A stretch of 64,000 bases of DNA from an uncultured Clostridia bacterium (GTDB taxonomy: Bacteria; CAYTYR01; UBA6262), in assembly GCA_964441745.1 (NCBI GenBank), contig CAYTYR010000009.1, positions 1 to 64,000 of the forward strand. Direction: 5' to 3'. A program made the translations under genes and the position numbers. Below are positions 50,134 through 59,949 of this stretch, in pieces; within the stretch, counting starts at the first letter, position 1, and every line of letters starts with the position of its first letter. A model generated the notes under the pieces. It worked only from the letters and a program-made list of their open reading frames with translations. It was not told the origin of the DNA and made no database searches.

Positions 50134-50972
50134 TGAAGTATATCGATTTGCATGTCCATTCCAACTTTAGCGACGGGACCCTTACCCCGCAGAGAATAGT
50201 GGAATATGCCGCTAAAAGAAAGTTAGCGGCTATAGCGTTGACTGACCACGATACTACAGACGGCGTTCCTATTGCCCAGGAGCATTCAAAGCAATTTGGT
50301 CTGGAAGTAATAGCGGGTGTAGAATTAAGCGTGGAGATGCCCAACCGCAGTGATCTGGAGCTGCATATCCTGGGCTATTACCTGGATTACCAAGATACTG
50401 CTTTCCAGGAACGGTTGAGTTTTTTCCGTAAAAAACGCCATGAACGGGCGGTAATGATGCTGGAAAAACTCCGGGACTTGAATGTCTTCCTGGACGGGAC
50501 CAAACTCCTGGAAACAACCAATGACAATGCTATCGGCCGTCTGCACTTTGCCCAGGCTCTCCTGGAAGAAGGATATGTCCATAATATCCAGGAAGCTTTC
50601 CAGCGCTATATCGGCTTTAACAAACCAGCCTATGTACCCAAGGCCAGGCTGATGCCGGAGCAGGCCATCAAAATGATCAATGATGTAGATGGCATAGCGG
50701 TCCTGGCGCATCCTTATTTTTCTGAGATCAACCGGGAGATGATCGCCTTGCTCGTCGGGTTTGGATTGAAAGGGATTGAGGTATATCACAGCCGGCACAG
50801 CAAATCTGACATCGACCGGTTCCGGCAATATGCCAGCGAATTCAATTTACTGATCACCGGCGGCAGTGATTGTCATGGGGAAATAGACAAGAATGAAGCG
50901 ATTATGGGCAATATGGATGTTCCCTTTGAATTACTGGAGAAAATGCAGGAATATAAAAAAGGCCTTTTATGA
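50133..50972 (+). CDS. PHP-domain phosphoesterase (TrpH/RNase AM-like)
   Basis: DLHVHS, LTDHD, GVELS, LAHP and TGGSDCHG motifs. Confidence 0.92.
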   Translation: MKYIDLHVHSNFSDGTLTPQRIVEYAAKRKLAAIALTDHDTTDGVPIAQEHSKQFGLEVIAGVELSVEMPNRSDLELHILGYYLDYQDTAFQERLSFFRKKRHERAVMMLEKLRDLNVFLDGTKLLETTNDNAIGRLHFAQALLEEGYVHNIQEAFQRYIGFNKPAYVPKARLMPEQAIKMINDVDGIAVLAHPYFSEINREMIALLVGFGLKGIEVYHSRHSKSDIDRFRQYASEFNLLITGGSDCHGEIDKNEAIMGNMDVPFELLEKMQEYKKGLL

Positions 50973-50991
50973 TCAAAATTGGGAGGCGGTC

Positions 50992-51372
50992 ATGTTTAAA
51001 TGGCTCAAAACGGCAAAATCAAGAAGATTAAAAAAATACAAAGAAAAAAGGACCTCCCCCCGTTTAAACACACTGGTCGATGTAGTCTATAAATTATATG
51101 ATAAAAAGGGAAACGGCATCGTTTCCTTAGCCAAAGACGTCAGTGCCTCCGGGATGAGGCTGCTGCACCAGAAAAAAGTGCAACTGGACACTTTGATGGA
51201 TATTAAGATCGACCTGCCCCAGCAAGAAGGACTGGTTTCTGCTTTGGGCAAGGTAGTTTGGTACAAGCGCAAAGGCGGTATCGGTATCAAATTCCTGATG
51301 ATCAAACCCAATGATGAGCAAAAACATCTGGATTACCTGGGAAAAAAACTGACTGATCCAAAAAACTCTTAA
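50992..51372 (+). CDS. PilZ-domain protein
   Basis: RTSPR (RxxxR) and DVSASG (DxSxxG); ATG after GGAGG. Confidence 0.85.
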   Translation: MFKWLKTAKSRRLKKYKEKRTSPRLNTLVDVVYKLYDKKGNGIVSLAKDVSASGMRLLHQKKVQLDTLMDIKIDLPQQEGLVSALGKVVWYKRKGGIGIKFLMIKPNDEQKHLDYLGKKLTDPKNS

Positions 51373-51383
51373 TAGAGGGGATT

Positions 51384-52178
51384 ATGATCTCTGCCAAAAA
51401 ATTCTGGTATCTATCTGGAGCGTTAATAATATTTAATATATTTTCGTTTTGGTTCATCCCGGAGGGGAAGATATTAACGGTTATTAGTGACCTGCTACCG
51501 ATACTCTGTGCCGTGATCGCTGTCCTGGGTATGGCTTTTGCCGTGCATAGTTTTAAATTATTTGACCAGACGAAGCTAGCCTGGATGTTATTATTAGCCG
51601 GAATGGTTTTATTTTCTGCCGCGGAAACCACCTATGCTGTACTGGAACTTTTATTACAGGTAGATGTAAATGAGGTTTTCCCAACTATAGCTGATTATTT
51701 CTGGATGGCAGGATACCTGCCTTTGATCGCCGGCTTATTATTACTGCTCTATGAATATAAAAAAAGCGGCCTGGCCTTTGGCCAGCCATGGAAGTACTTC
51801 TTTGGCTTTGCGCTGATCATTGTTTTAATTATCAAGCTCTCCTCTGTGCTTTTTATACCCATACTGCGAGATAGCGAGTTAAGCTGGCTGGCTAAACTGG
51901 CGTATCTTTATTATCCTCTTGGCGATATTTTCCTGATTTTGCCGGCAGCAATATTAGCCTACATCACCAGCCTTTTCGATAAGGGCCATATTTCCCGCCC
52001 CTGGCAGTTTATGACGCTAGGGTTTCTGGCAATGATCATCGCTGATATTTTATATTCTTTTTTTAGCTGGAACAATAACTACGGACCGGGTAATTTTATT
52101 GACGTTCTTTTCAACCTTGGTTATTTGCTGATCGGTTTAAGCGGTTTATATCAAAAACAATTAATAGAGTCGGTTTAG
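51384..52178 (+). CDS. polytopic membrane protein resembling a stand-alone sensor input domain
   Basis: About eight TM segments; FPTIADYFW...GY and LYYPLGD motifs as in N-terminal sensor modules of kinases and cyclases. Confidence 0.65.
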   Translation: MISAKKFWYLSGALIIFNIFSFWFIPEGKILTVISDLLPILCAVIAVLGMAFAVHSFKLFDQTKLAWMLLLAGMVLFSAAETTYAVLELLLQVDVNEVFPTIADYFWMAGYLPLIAGLLLLLYEYKKSGLAFGQPWKYFFGFALIIVLIIKLSSVLFIPILRDSELSWLAKLAYLYYPLGDIFLILPAAILAYITSLFDKGHISRPWQFMTLGFLAMIIADILYSFFSWNNNYGPGNFIDVLFNLGYLLIGLSGLYQKQLIESV

Positions 52179-52180
52179 CT

Positions 52181-52414
52181 ATGGTAGAAAATAAACTAGT
52201 AAAAAGAATTGAAATAGTGCTCACGCCATTACTGGGGACGCTCATGGCCTCAATTACCGTGAAAATGCAATGCGAAAAGATCGGAGTCACTCCGGAAACA
52301 TTATCTATACCGGACTTGCCGAAGCTTGGCAATGCCATTGAAAAAGCCCTGATAGTTTTTGTCGGTTCTTCTAAAGCCAAGGATGTAGCTAGCAGCATAA
52401 AAACGATTTTATAG
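52181..52414 (+). CDS. small hypothetical protein
   Basis: 77-aa ORF starting 2 nt after the upstream stop. Confidence 0.65.
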   Translation: MVENKLVKRIEIVLTPLLGTLMASITVKMQCEKIGVTPETLSIPDLPKLGNAIEKALIVFVGSSKAKDVASSIKTIL

Positions 52415-52419
52415 AAAAA

Positions 52420-52541
52420 AGTACTTCCATACAGGAGAAACCTGTGTAAATCAGGTACTGCCCCGCAACGGTGATACCCCAATTATATTGGGGTCAGTCC
52501 GATCGCCTGCATGAGTATAAGTTATAACCTTCGAGGGAAGG
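52420..52541 (+). ncRNA. cobalamin riboswitch (compact type)
   Basis: AGGAGAAACCTGTGTAAATCAGGTACTGCCCCGCAACGGTGA...AGTCCGATCGCCTGC and hairpin CCTTCGAGGGAAGG, directly upstream of btuFCDB. Confidence 0.85.
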
Positions 52542-52617
52542 GCAGGTCAAACCATAAACCTGGTAGACTCAACTTCCTATTTGCTTTAGCCTAGTTGGGT
52601 TTATTTTATTAAGGAGC

Positions 52618-52653
52618 GATTACACAGATTATGAAAAGAGATTACACAGATTT
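52618..52653. repeat. family C repeat GATTACACAGATT x2 straddling the btuF start codon
   Basis: Copies at 52618-52630 and 52640-52652. Confidence 0.8.
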
Positions 52654-53494
52654 CAAACGTAGAATATTTTTAGTAGTACTAGCGGGAATATTATTTTGCT
52701 TTAGCCTGGCGCAAGCAGGAGAGATACTGCCGCAGCGGATTATTTCCCTGGCTCCGGCTAATACCGAGATCCTGTACGCCCTTAATCTCGGAGACAAAGT
52801 AGTGGGTGTTTCTTCGTACTGCAATTATCCTCCGCAATGCGCAAAGAAGGAAAAAGTAGGGGATTTTTCCAATCCGAATATTGAAAAGATCGTAGCTTTA
52901 AAGCCAGATCTGATCCTGGCTACCGGACTGGAGCAGAATCCAGCCGTAGTTAAATTAAAAAAACTGGGCTTGACAGTGCAGGTGATCGATCCGCAGAATT
53001 TTAACCAGCTTTTTGATTCTATTACCAGGATTGGTGAGTTGACGGGAACAGGGTCAATTGCCTTTGTCCTGAACCAATCCATTAAAGCGCGTATTACCAA
53101 GTTGATGCAGGCGATAACAGCCAGGATCACCTCGCCGCCGAAAATATTTATTGAGATCTCTGTGCAGCCGCTCATGACCGCTGCCAATAATACCTTTTTA
53201 GGTGAAATGATCAATATGTTGAGAGCCATAAATGCGGCTGGGGACTTGCCTCGTCCTTACTGTCGGATCAGCGAAGAATTTGTCATTCATCAAGATCCTG
53301 ATTATATTGTTTTAACCGGTCCGCATAGCCGGAATTATTTTGTCTCAAATAAAGCCTGGAACAAGACCAAAGCAGTACGGCAAAACCATTTAATTGATGC
53401 TATTAATCCAGACTTGCTGCTGCGGCCCGGGCCGCGGCTGATCGATGGGCTGGAACAGCTGGCAGAAAAAATATATCAAATAAAGACGCGGTAA
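52631..53494 (+). CDS. btuF: cobalamin ABC transporter substrate-binding protein
   Basis: RIISLAPANTEIL, EKIVALKPDL and RPGPRL motifs; riboswitch upstream. Confidence 0.88.
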   Translation: MKRDYTDFKRRIFLVVLAGILFCFSLAQAGEILPQRIISLAPANTEILYALNLGDKVVGVSSYCNYPPQCAKKEKVGDFSNPNIEKIVALKPDLILATGLEQNPAVVKLKKLGLTVQVIDPQNFNQLFDSITRIGELTGTGSIAFVLNQSIKARITKLMQAITARITSPPKIFIEISVQPLMTAANNTFLGEMINMLRAINAAGDLPRPYCRISEEFVIHQDPDYIVLTGPHSRNYFVSNKAWNKTKAVRQNHLIDAINPDLLLRPGPRLIDGLEQLAEKIYQIKTR

Positions 53495-53495
53495 A

Positions 53496-54476
53496 ATGAA
53501 AAAGAATCAACTCCTAACGATTATATTGCTGTTTATAGGTTTGCTGCTCTTGGGCTATGTTTCCTTGTATTGGGGTGCGATCAAGATCGATCCGTTTCAA
53601 CCCCAGGATGAAGTTGGCCGCTTGATCATGTTCAGGCTGCGCCTGCCCAGGATCTTCCTGGCTATTATTGCCGGTTTCGGACTAAGCATTAGCGGAGTTG
53701 TTTTCCAAGCCCTGCTGCGCAATCCTCTGGCCGATCCTTATATTCTTGGCACATCGTCAGGAGCAGCCCTGGGCGGGGTACTGGCTATTGCGCTGGGCCT
53801 GGGTGCATCGATCTATAATATTTCTTTCAGCGCTTTCGTTTTTGCCCTGTTAACTCTATTCATCGTCTACCAATTAGCGCAGCAGAATGGGAAAATGCCG
53901 GTACAAAACCTGCTCCTGGCCGGAGTAATAGTAAATACTTTCCTCTCAGGGGTGGTCACGCTCATTATGTCCCTGAACCGCCAGGAATTATACAGTATTA
54001 TGTTCTGGATCATGGGCAGCCTCAGCCAGGCTGATAATAAAGCAATCTGGCTAGGCGGATTAACCGTTTTATTATTATCCGGCATGGTTACCTTAATGAG
54101 CCGTTATCTTAATATTATTACGTTAGGTGAAGAAAAAGCCCAATCCCTGGGCGTCCCTGTTGAATTAATGCGTAAAATTCTCTTTGTGATCGTTTCCCTG
54201 ATCATTGCCATACTGGTATCCATCTGCGGTATGATCGGTTTTGTCGGATTGATCATTCCTCATATCAGCCGGTTATTGGTCGGTCCGGATCATAAAGTCC
54301 TTTTGCCGGTTTCTGGCCTGCTCGGCGCCATCTTCCTGCTGCTCTGCGACATCCTGGCCAGGACCATAGCCATTCCCTTGGAAATCCCCATAGGAGTGAT
54401 CACCGCACTGGCCGGAGCGCCGTTCTTTTTATATTTACTCCGTCGGAAAAGAACTAATTTATTATTTGAGGAATAG
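53496..54476 (+). CDS. btuC: cobalamin ABC transporter permease (FecCD family)
   Basis: RLPR, RNPLADP, GFVGLIIPH and EIPIG motifs. Confidence 0.88.
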   Translation: MKKNQLLTIILLFIGLLLLGYVSLYWGAIKIDPFQPQDEVGRLIMFRLRLPRIFLAIIAGFGLSISGVVFQALLRNPLADPYILGTSSGAALGGVLAIALGLGASIYNISFSAFVFALLTLFIVYQLAQQNGKMPVQNLLLAGVIVNTFLSGVVTLIMSLNRQELYSIMFWIMGSLSQADNKAIWLGGLTVLLLSGMVTLMSRYLNIITLGEEKAQSLGVPVELMRKILFVIVSLIIAILVSICGMIGFVGLIIPHISRLLVGPDHKVLLPVSGLLGAIFLLLCDILARTIAIPLEIPIGVITALAGAPFFLYLLRRKRTNLLFEE

Positions 54477-54480
54477 GCCA

Positions 54481-55272
54481 ATGGGTTACCTGGATATATC
54501 CAAAATACGATTTGCGTATCGCGAGGAAATGATCCTGAAAGATATTTCTTTCAGTGTACAGCCAGGTGATTTTTTAGGAATTATCGGTCCCAATGGCAGC
54601 GGCAAATCAACTTTACTGAAGATCCTGGCCCGGCTGTTGACGGCCAAAGAAGGGAGCGTCTCGTTAAGCGGTCTCGACCTAAAACAATATCCGGTGCGCA
54701 CATTAGCTAAAAAAATAGCCTTGGTACCTGAAGAGACTTCCCTTAACTTTCCTTTTACAGTAGAAGAATTGGTGCTGATGGGCCGGTCACCGCATCTTTC
54801 TTTTTTACAACCACTGACCAATAAGGATCATCTCCAGGCCAACGAATGCATGGGAAAAACCTCGATCAGGGCTCTGGCCAGCCGCCTGGTCAATGAATTA
54901 TCCAATGGCGAACGTCAAAGAGTGTTTATCGCCCAAGCCTTGGCCCAGGAACCAGATATTTTATTACTGGATGAACCGACTGCGCATTTAGATATCAATC
55001 ACCAGATCGAGATATTCAATGTTTTAAAGAACCTGCAAGAACAGCACGGGTTAACCATCATTACCGTAACTCATGACCTTAACCTGGCCGCGCTCTATTG
55101 TAATACGCTGCTTTTATTAAAAAAAGGAGAAATCTTCAATCAAGGCACTCCCGCGCAAGTGATCACTGCGGAAAATATAAAGAAGGTGTACCAGGCCAGG
55201 GTAGCGGTACATCAGAATCAGGAGATCAATAAACTGCAAATTACCCTTATCCCTAACAACAAGGAGGACTAA
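54481..55272 (+). CDS. btuD: cobalamin ABC transporter ATPase
   Basis: GPNGSGKST, LSNGERQR, DEPTAHLD and HDLNLA motifs. Confidence 0.88.
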   Translation: MGYLDISKIRFAYREEMILKDISFSVQPGDFLGIIGPNGSGKSTLLKILARLLTAKEGSVSLSGLDLKQYPVRTLAKKIALVPEETSLNFPFTVEELVLMGRSPHLSFLQPLTNKDHLQANECMGKTSIRALASRLVNELSNGERQRVFIAQALAQEPDILLLDEPTAHLDINHQIEIFNVLKNLQEQHGLTIITVTHDLNLAALYCNTLLLLKKGEIFNQGTPAQVITAENIKKVYQARVAVHQNQEINKLQITLIPNNKED

Positions 55273-57212
55273 TGTTCAGGCAAAAAGCTATCATTATGGT
55301 AATGCTGGCACTATTGTTGGCGGCGAATATTGTAGCTGCTGAAGAAGGGGCTGAAGTTAATCTAAACATGACCGTGATTTCAGCCAGCCTGTCACCTCAG
55401 CCTGCGCGGCTCACCGGCGCTAATATCACCGTGATTAAGGCCGAGGATATTGCCGCGGCCCATACCCAGGATATCAGCCAGTTACTGAACCAGGCAGCCG
55501 GATTGGACCTGCCAAAGCAAGCCAGTTTGGGTAATGCCCAGATCTTATCCATCCGGGGAGTTCCTGGACAGCAGGTTCTGGTACTATTGGATGGTTTTCC
55601 TTTAAATTCTCCGTCACTGGGATTACCAGACTTATCCCAAATACCCCTGGAAAATATAGAGCGTATAGAGATCGTGCGCGGCGCCGGATCAGCGGTATAT
55701 GGCGCTAATGCCATCGGCGGCGTGGTCAACATTATCACTAAAAAGATTAAAGATCCGAAACCACTGACTGACATTAGTATTCTAGCCGGCAGCCATAATA
55801 CCCAGACCTACCGGTTCAGTTTTGGCGCTAAACCAGGGGATCTTGATTACTTAATTTCTGCCAGCCGTTCCTTTGCCAAGGGCTGGAGAATGAATAACGA
55901 TTTTGCTAATAATGCTTTTAGCTGGCAATTAGGGTATGACTGGCATCGCTATGGCACGATCAGCCTGCATAATCAATATTACCGGAGTTTTTTAGCACTG
56001 CCTGGTCCCTCGAATGTGCCCATTGAGAACTGGGACAATGCGTTGGAAAGGGAGGCCTCTTCACCTAATGCCCGTCAGGAAGACCGCGCTAATATTACCT
56101 ACGCAGAATATAAAGTAATTCTGGCTGATCAAACTGCGGCTAAAGTACGCACCTTTCTTAATGACACAAAACAAATCTACCGTAACACTGACTGGTCCAT
56201 AGACAACTTGCGGCGCAACCGGTCGCATGGAGCCAGTATGCAGTTTGACCTGGTTTCCGGCTGGAGCGCGGGTATAGAATACCGCCAGGATTCAGTATGG
56301 CAAAGAGATGGCAATATCCAGGCCGACACGATCAATGAGTCAGTTTTTTATCAATCCCTATATGGACAGTATCTGCGGCAACTGGGCGCCTGGATATATA
56401 CTGTTGGCGCGCGTTATGACCATCATTCCATCAGCGGCGGCCAGTTTAATCCAAGATTAAACCTGGTGTGCCTGTTAAATAGCGCCTGGAAAGCTTCATT
56501 GAATATTGCCCGCGGCTTCCGTCCACCGACTGTAAATGACCTGTTTTGGCCGCTCAACCAGGAGTCATATTTTGGCCTGACTTATATCACTGTCGGCAAT
56601 AAAAACCTGTCTGCTGAAAAAGCTATGTCCTATGATCTTGGCTTGGAAGGAAAGTTCACTGAGTCCTGCCAAGGAAAAGCTACACTGTTCTATATTGCCA
56701 GTAAGGATTTAATGCTCTGGGAACAAGAAAATGTTACTTTAACTTCGTATCGTTACTCACCGCAGAATATAGCTCAGGGTAAAAATATCGGGTTAGAAGT
56801 GGAAGCCAGCCAGGATCTGTTCCGCGTTCTGAAGCATAAACTGGTCTATACCGCCATGCAGGCACAAGGGAAAAAGGATAGTGACCAGGATTATCTTTTA
56901 CTGGCTTTCCACCCCAAACACAAGCTGTCCTACCAGCTGGACTATACGCCAAAGGAAACAGTGCAAATATCTATTCGCAACCAATTCCAGGCAGCCAGCT
57001 TTGAGCAGGTCGGTGAAAGAGGACTAAAAATCCCTTCCGCCAGTATCTGGAGCGCAGCCCTGCAAAAGAAAATAAATTCTGCTGTCTTTACTTTTAAAGC
57101 GGATAATATCCTGGATAAACGCTATGCCGTGCGGACAGACGGGTTTGGTAATTATTATCCCTTGCCCGGCAGGACCTATTGGTTCAGCTGCGACCTGCCC
57201 TTTGTAAACTAA
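55272..57212 (+). CDS. btuB: TonB-dependent receptor, probably for cobalamin
   Basis: Plug motif IERIEIVRGAGSAVYGANAIGGVVNIITK; NILDKRY...PGR near the C-terminus. Confidence 0.82.
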   Translation: MFRQKAIIMVMLALLLAANIVAAEEGAEVNLNMTVISASLSPQPARLTGANITVIKAEDIAAAHTQDISQLLNQAAGLDLPKQASLGNAQILSIRGVPGQQVLVLLDGFPLNSPSLGLPDLSQIPLENIERIEIVRGAGSAVYGANAIGGVVNIITKKIKDPKPLTDISILAGSHNTQTYRFSFGAKPGDLDYLISASRSFAKGWRMNNDFANNAFSWQLGYDWHRYGTISLHNQYYRSFLALPGPSNVPIENWDNALEREASSPNARQEDRANITYAEYKVILADQTAAKVRTFLNDTKQIYRNTDWSIDNLRRNRSHGASMQFDLVSGWSAGIEYRQDSVWQRDGNIQADTINESVFYQSLYGQYLRQLGAWIYTVGARYDHHSISGGQFNPRLNLVCLLNSAWKASLNIARGFRPPTVNDLFWPLNQESYFGLTYITVGNKNLSAEKAMSYDLGLEGKFTESCQGKATLFYIASKDLMLWEQENVTLTSYRYSPQNIAQGKNIGLEVEASQDLFRVLKHKLVYTAMQAQGKKDSDQDYLLLAFHPKHKLSYQLDYTPKETVQISIRNQFQAASFEQVGERGLKIPSASIWSAALQKKINSAVFTFKADNILDKRYAVRTDGFGNYYPLPGRTYWFSCDLPFVN

Positions 57213-57217
57213 ACTTA

Positions 57218-57331
57218 GATTACACAGATTTTAAAAGATGATTACCCGCCAAAGAGCGCCGGCGGGCGCGGCACAGATTTTATACATTTAGTTTTTAATC
57301 GGTGTAATCTCTCTTAATAATCGGTGTAATC
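57218..57331. repeat. family C inverted pair with a 27-nt hairpin insert
   Basis: gattacacagattt; gatta[57245-57271]cacagattt; then aatcggtgtaatc x2. Confidence 0.8.
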
Positions 57332-57332
57332 A

Positions 57333-57360
57333 GAGATTGTTTATTATTATAAACAATCTC
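57333..57360. other. 12-bp perfect inverted repeat (terminator or operator)
   Basis: GAGATTGTTTAT-tatt-ATAAACAATCTC. Confidence 0.55.
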
Positions 57361-57371
57361 AAGAAAAAGGC

Positions 57372-57400
57372 TTGCACAATTATTCAAATATTGTTAAAAT
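57372..57400 (+). promoter_or_regulatory. sigma70 promoter with extended -10
   Basis: TTGCAC-17bp-TAAAAT preceded by TGn, 7 nt before ATG 57408. Confidence 0.6.
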
Positions 57401-57407
57401 TATTTTT

Positions 57408-58517
57408 ATGAATAAAAAGCTGGTTACGCCATATTATTTAATTGACGAACGCAAACTAATGAAGAACCTGGAAATTATCAAATACGTCAGGGAAACTTCT
57501 GGCGCCAAATCAGTATTAGCGCTTAAATGTTTTTCCACCTGGGGCGTTTTCCCGCTCCTGAAAAAATACCTGGACGGGACCACCAGCAGCTCGCTTTATG
57601 AAGCCAGACTGGGTTTTGAAAAGTTCGGCCGGGAAGTACATGCTTATTGCGTGGGTTATTCCCGCAGCGATATAGCGGAAGTCAAGCGCTATGCCGATAA
57701 AATTATTTTTAATTCTTTGTCACAACTGAAAACATATTACCGGGAAGTAAAAAGCCTGAAGATCGGTGTCCGGGTAAATCCCCAGTTCAGTTATTCTCAT
57801 TTTGACCTGGCTGATCCGGCCCGCCGTTATTCCCGGCTTGGGGTCACTGACCTTAAAAATCTTTTTAACGCGGCTCCCAGGCTCAGCGGGGTGATGTTCC
57901 ACTTTAACTGTGAAAATGATGATTTCCGCAATTTTTCTGCTAATCTCGATTTGATCGGGAAAAAATACGCCAAGCTTTTACACCGCTTGGAATGGGTCAG
58001 TTTAGGCGGAGGGCTCTATTTCACCAAAGATGGATACCCCTTAAATAATTTTTGCCAAAAGCTTAAAGAATTCAGCGACTGCTACAATGTGCAGGTTTAC
58101 CTTGAACCAGGAGAAACAGTCATCACCAGGTCAGCTGAACTGGTGACCACAGTAGTGGATGTTGTTCATAATGGAAAAGATACCGTTATCGTCGATGCTT
58201 CTACCGAAGCGCATATGCTGGACCTGCTGATCTACCGCACGCCGGCGAAGATCGACTCTGCCGGCTCTGGCCGGTTTAGCTATATTGTTGCGGGACGTTC
58301 TTGTTTAGCCGGGGATATTTTTGGCACATACCGCTTCCAGCACAGGTTAAAACCAGGCAGCATTATCCGGATCAGCGACGCGGCAGGATACACCATGGTC
58401 AAGAAAAACTGGTTCAATGGACTGCAGATGCCTTCAATAGTAGTCAAGAGACTGAATGGCCAGCTGGACAAGGTACGTAGTTTTACCTATCAGGATTTTA
58501 TTAATAGCTTGTCGTAA
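57408..58517 (+). CDS. nspC: carboxynorspermidine/carboxyspermidine decarboxylase
   Basis: TPYYLIDE, LALKCFS, SLGGG, YLEPGE, SCLAGD and YTMVKKNWFNG motifs. Confidence 0.93.
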   Translation: MNKKLVTPYYLIDERKLMKNLEIIKYVRETSGAKSVLALKCFSTWGVFPLLKKYLDGTTSSSLYEARLGFEKFGREVHAYCVGYSRSDIAEVKRYADKIIFNSLSQLKTYYREVKSLKIGVRVNPQFSYSHFDLADPARRYSRLGVTDLKNLFNAAPRLSGVMFHFNCENDDFRNFSANLDLIGKKYAKLLHRLEWVSLGGGLYFTKDGYPLNNFCQKLKEFSDCYNVQVYLEPGETVITRSAELVTTVVDVVHNGKDTVIVDASTEAHMLDLLIYRTPAKIDSAGSGRFSYIVAGRSCLAGDIFGTYRFQHRLKPGSIIRISDAAGYTMVKKNWFNGLQMPSIVVKRLNGQLDKVRSFTYQDFINSLS

Positions 58518-58554
58518 CGGATCACACAAACATCGCTTGGGAGAGGACAGGGTA

Positions 58555-59787
58555 ATGAAAAAAAAGAAAAACGTGCTGATCATCGGGGCCGGAGGAGTAG
58601 CCCACGTAGTCGCGCACAAATGTGCCCAGAACAATGATATCCTGGGTGATATTTGCCTGGCTTCCAGGACCCAGCGCAAAGCTGACAAGATCATCGACAG
58701 CATTAAAAAGAAAAATAATCTTAAAGATAAAACCAAGCAGCTGTATAGCCGACAGATAGACGCGATGGATATACCCGCTATGGTCAACCTGATCAAAGAA
58801 ACTAACTCCCAGATCGTCATTAACGTGGGAATAACTTTTATTAATATGTCCGTGCTGGAAGCCTGTATCCAGGCGGGTGTTGTGTATATGGACACAGCCA
58901 TTCATGAAGAACCCGGTAAAGTATGTGAAGACCCACCTTGGTATGCCAACCACGAATGGAAGCTGAAGGACCGCTGCCGGGAGAATGGTATTACTGCTAT
59001 TCTTGGTATAGGATTTGATCCAGGGGTAGTAAACGCCTATTGCGCTTACGCGGTGAAGCATCTCTTCGACACCATCGATATTATTGACATCCTGGATGTG
59101 AATGCCGGCAATCACGGCAAATATTTTGCCACTAATTTCGACCCGGAAATAAATTTCCGGGAATTCAAGAAAGTCTGGACCTGGATCGACCGGAAATGGG
59201 TAGAGAAGAAAGTCCATACTAAAAAGATGGTGTATGAGTTCCCGATTGTCGGCAAGCAAACCGTTTACCTGACCGGGCATGATGAATTACATTCTTTGTC
59301 GCAGAATATCGACGCCAACACGATCAGGTTCTGGATGGGCTTCAGTGACCATTACATCAATGTTTTCACGGTCCTGAGCAAGTTAGGATTATTATCAGAG
59401 AAAACCGTCAAAACAGCGGAAGGCGTCGAAGTTGTGCCGCTCAAAGTGGTCAAAACTGTCCTGCCTGATCCCGGCTCATTAGCGCCCAACTATACGGGAA
59501 AAACCTGCATCGGGAACCTGATCAAAGGCACTAAGAGCGATGTGCCTAAAGAAGTATTTATTTATAACATTTGCGATCATGCTGAATGCTATAAGGAAGT
59601 GGAATCACAAGCGATCAGTTATACTGCCGGAGTGCCGCCGGTAGCCGCAGCCATCCTGGTAGCCAAGGGCACCTGGGATGTCAAAACCATGGTCAATGTT
59701 GAAGAATTGGATCCTGATCCGTTCATTGAACTGCTGGACAAAATGGGACTGCCAACAGAGATCCAGGAAACACCCGCGGCTGTGTAA
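58555..59787 (+). CDS. carboxynorspermidine/carboxyspermidine dehydrogenase (saccharopine dehydrogenase family)
   Basis: IIGAGGVA, GFDPGV, FATNFDPEIN and QAISYTAGVP motifs; adjacent to nspC. Confidence 0.92.
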   Translation: MKKKKNVLIIGAGGVAHVVAHKCAQNNDILGDICLASRTQRKADKIIDSIKKKNNLKDKTKQLYSRQIDAMDIPAMVNLIKETNSQIVINVGITFINMSVLEACIQAGVVYMDTAIHEEPGKVCEDPPWYANHEWKLKDRCRENGITAILGIGFDPGVVNAYCAYAVKHLFDTIDIIDILDVNAGNHGKYFATNFDPEINFREFKKVWTWIDRKWVEKKVHTKKMVYEFPIVGKQTVYLTGHDELHSLSQNIDANTIRFWMGFSDHYINVFTVLSKLGLLSEKTVKTAEGVEVVPLKVVKTVLPDPGSLAPNYTGKTCIGNLIKGTKSDVPKEVFIYNICDHAECYKEVESQAISYTAGVPPVAAAILVAKGTWDVKTMVNVEELDPDPFIELLDKMGLPTEIQETPAAV

Positions 59788-59790
59788 ATA

Positions 59791-59820
59791 AGCGGATAGC
59801 GTATAGCGGATAGCGTATAG
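59791..59820. repeat. family A heptamer array
   Basis: agcgga tagcgta tagcgga tagcgta tag. Confidence 0.8.
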
Positions 59821-59949
59821 TAAAAAACTAAAAAGATATTTTATTTAAATAATTCTTGACAATTTTTGGTAAGTATTATAGATTAACAACCACGATAATA
59901 AATCCATAGCGCAGTGTAAAAATTATTTAAAAACAGAGGTAAGACTTAG

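Noticed and set aside
7090-59820. Intergenic repeat arrays as CRISPR arrays
   Set aside because: Units are 6-13 nt and degenerate, with no unique 30-40 nt spacers and no cas genes.
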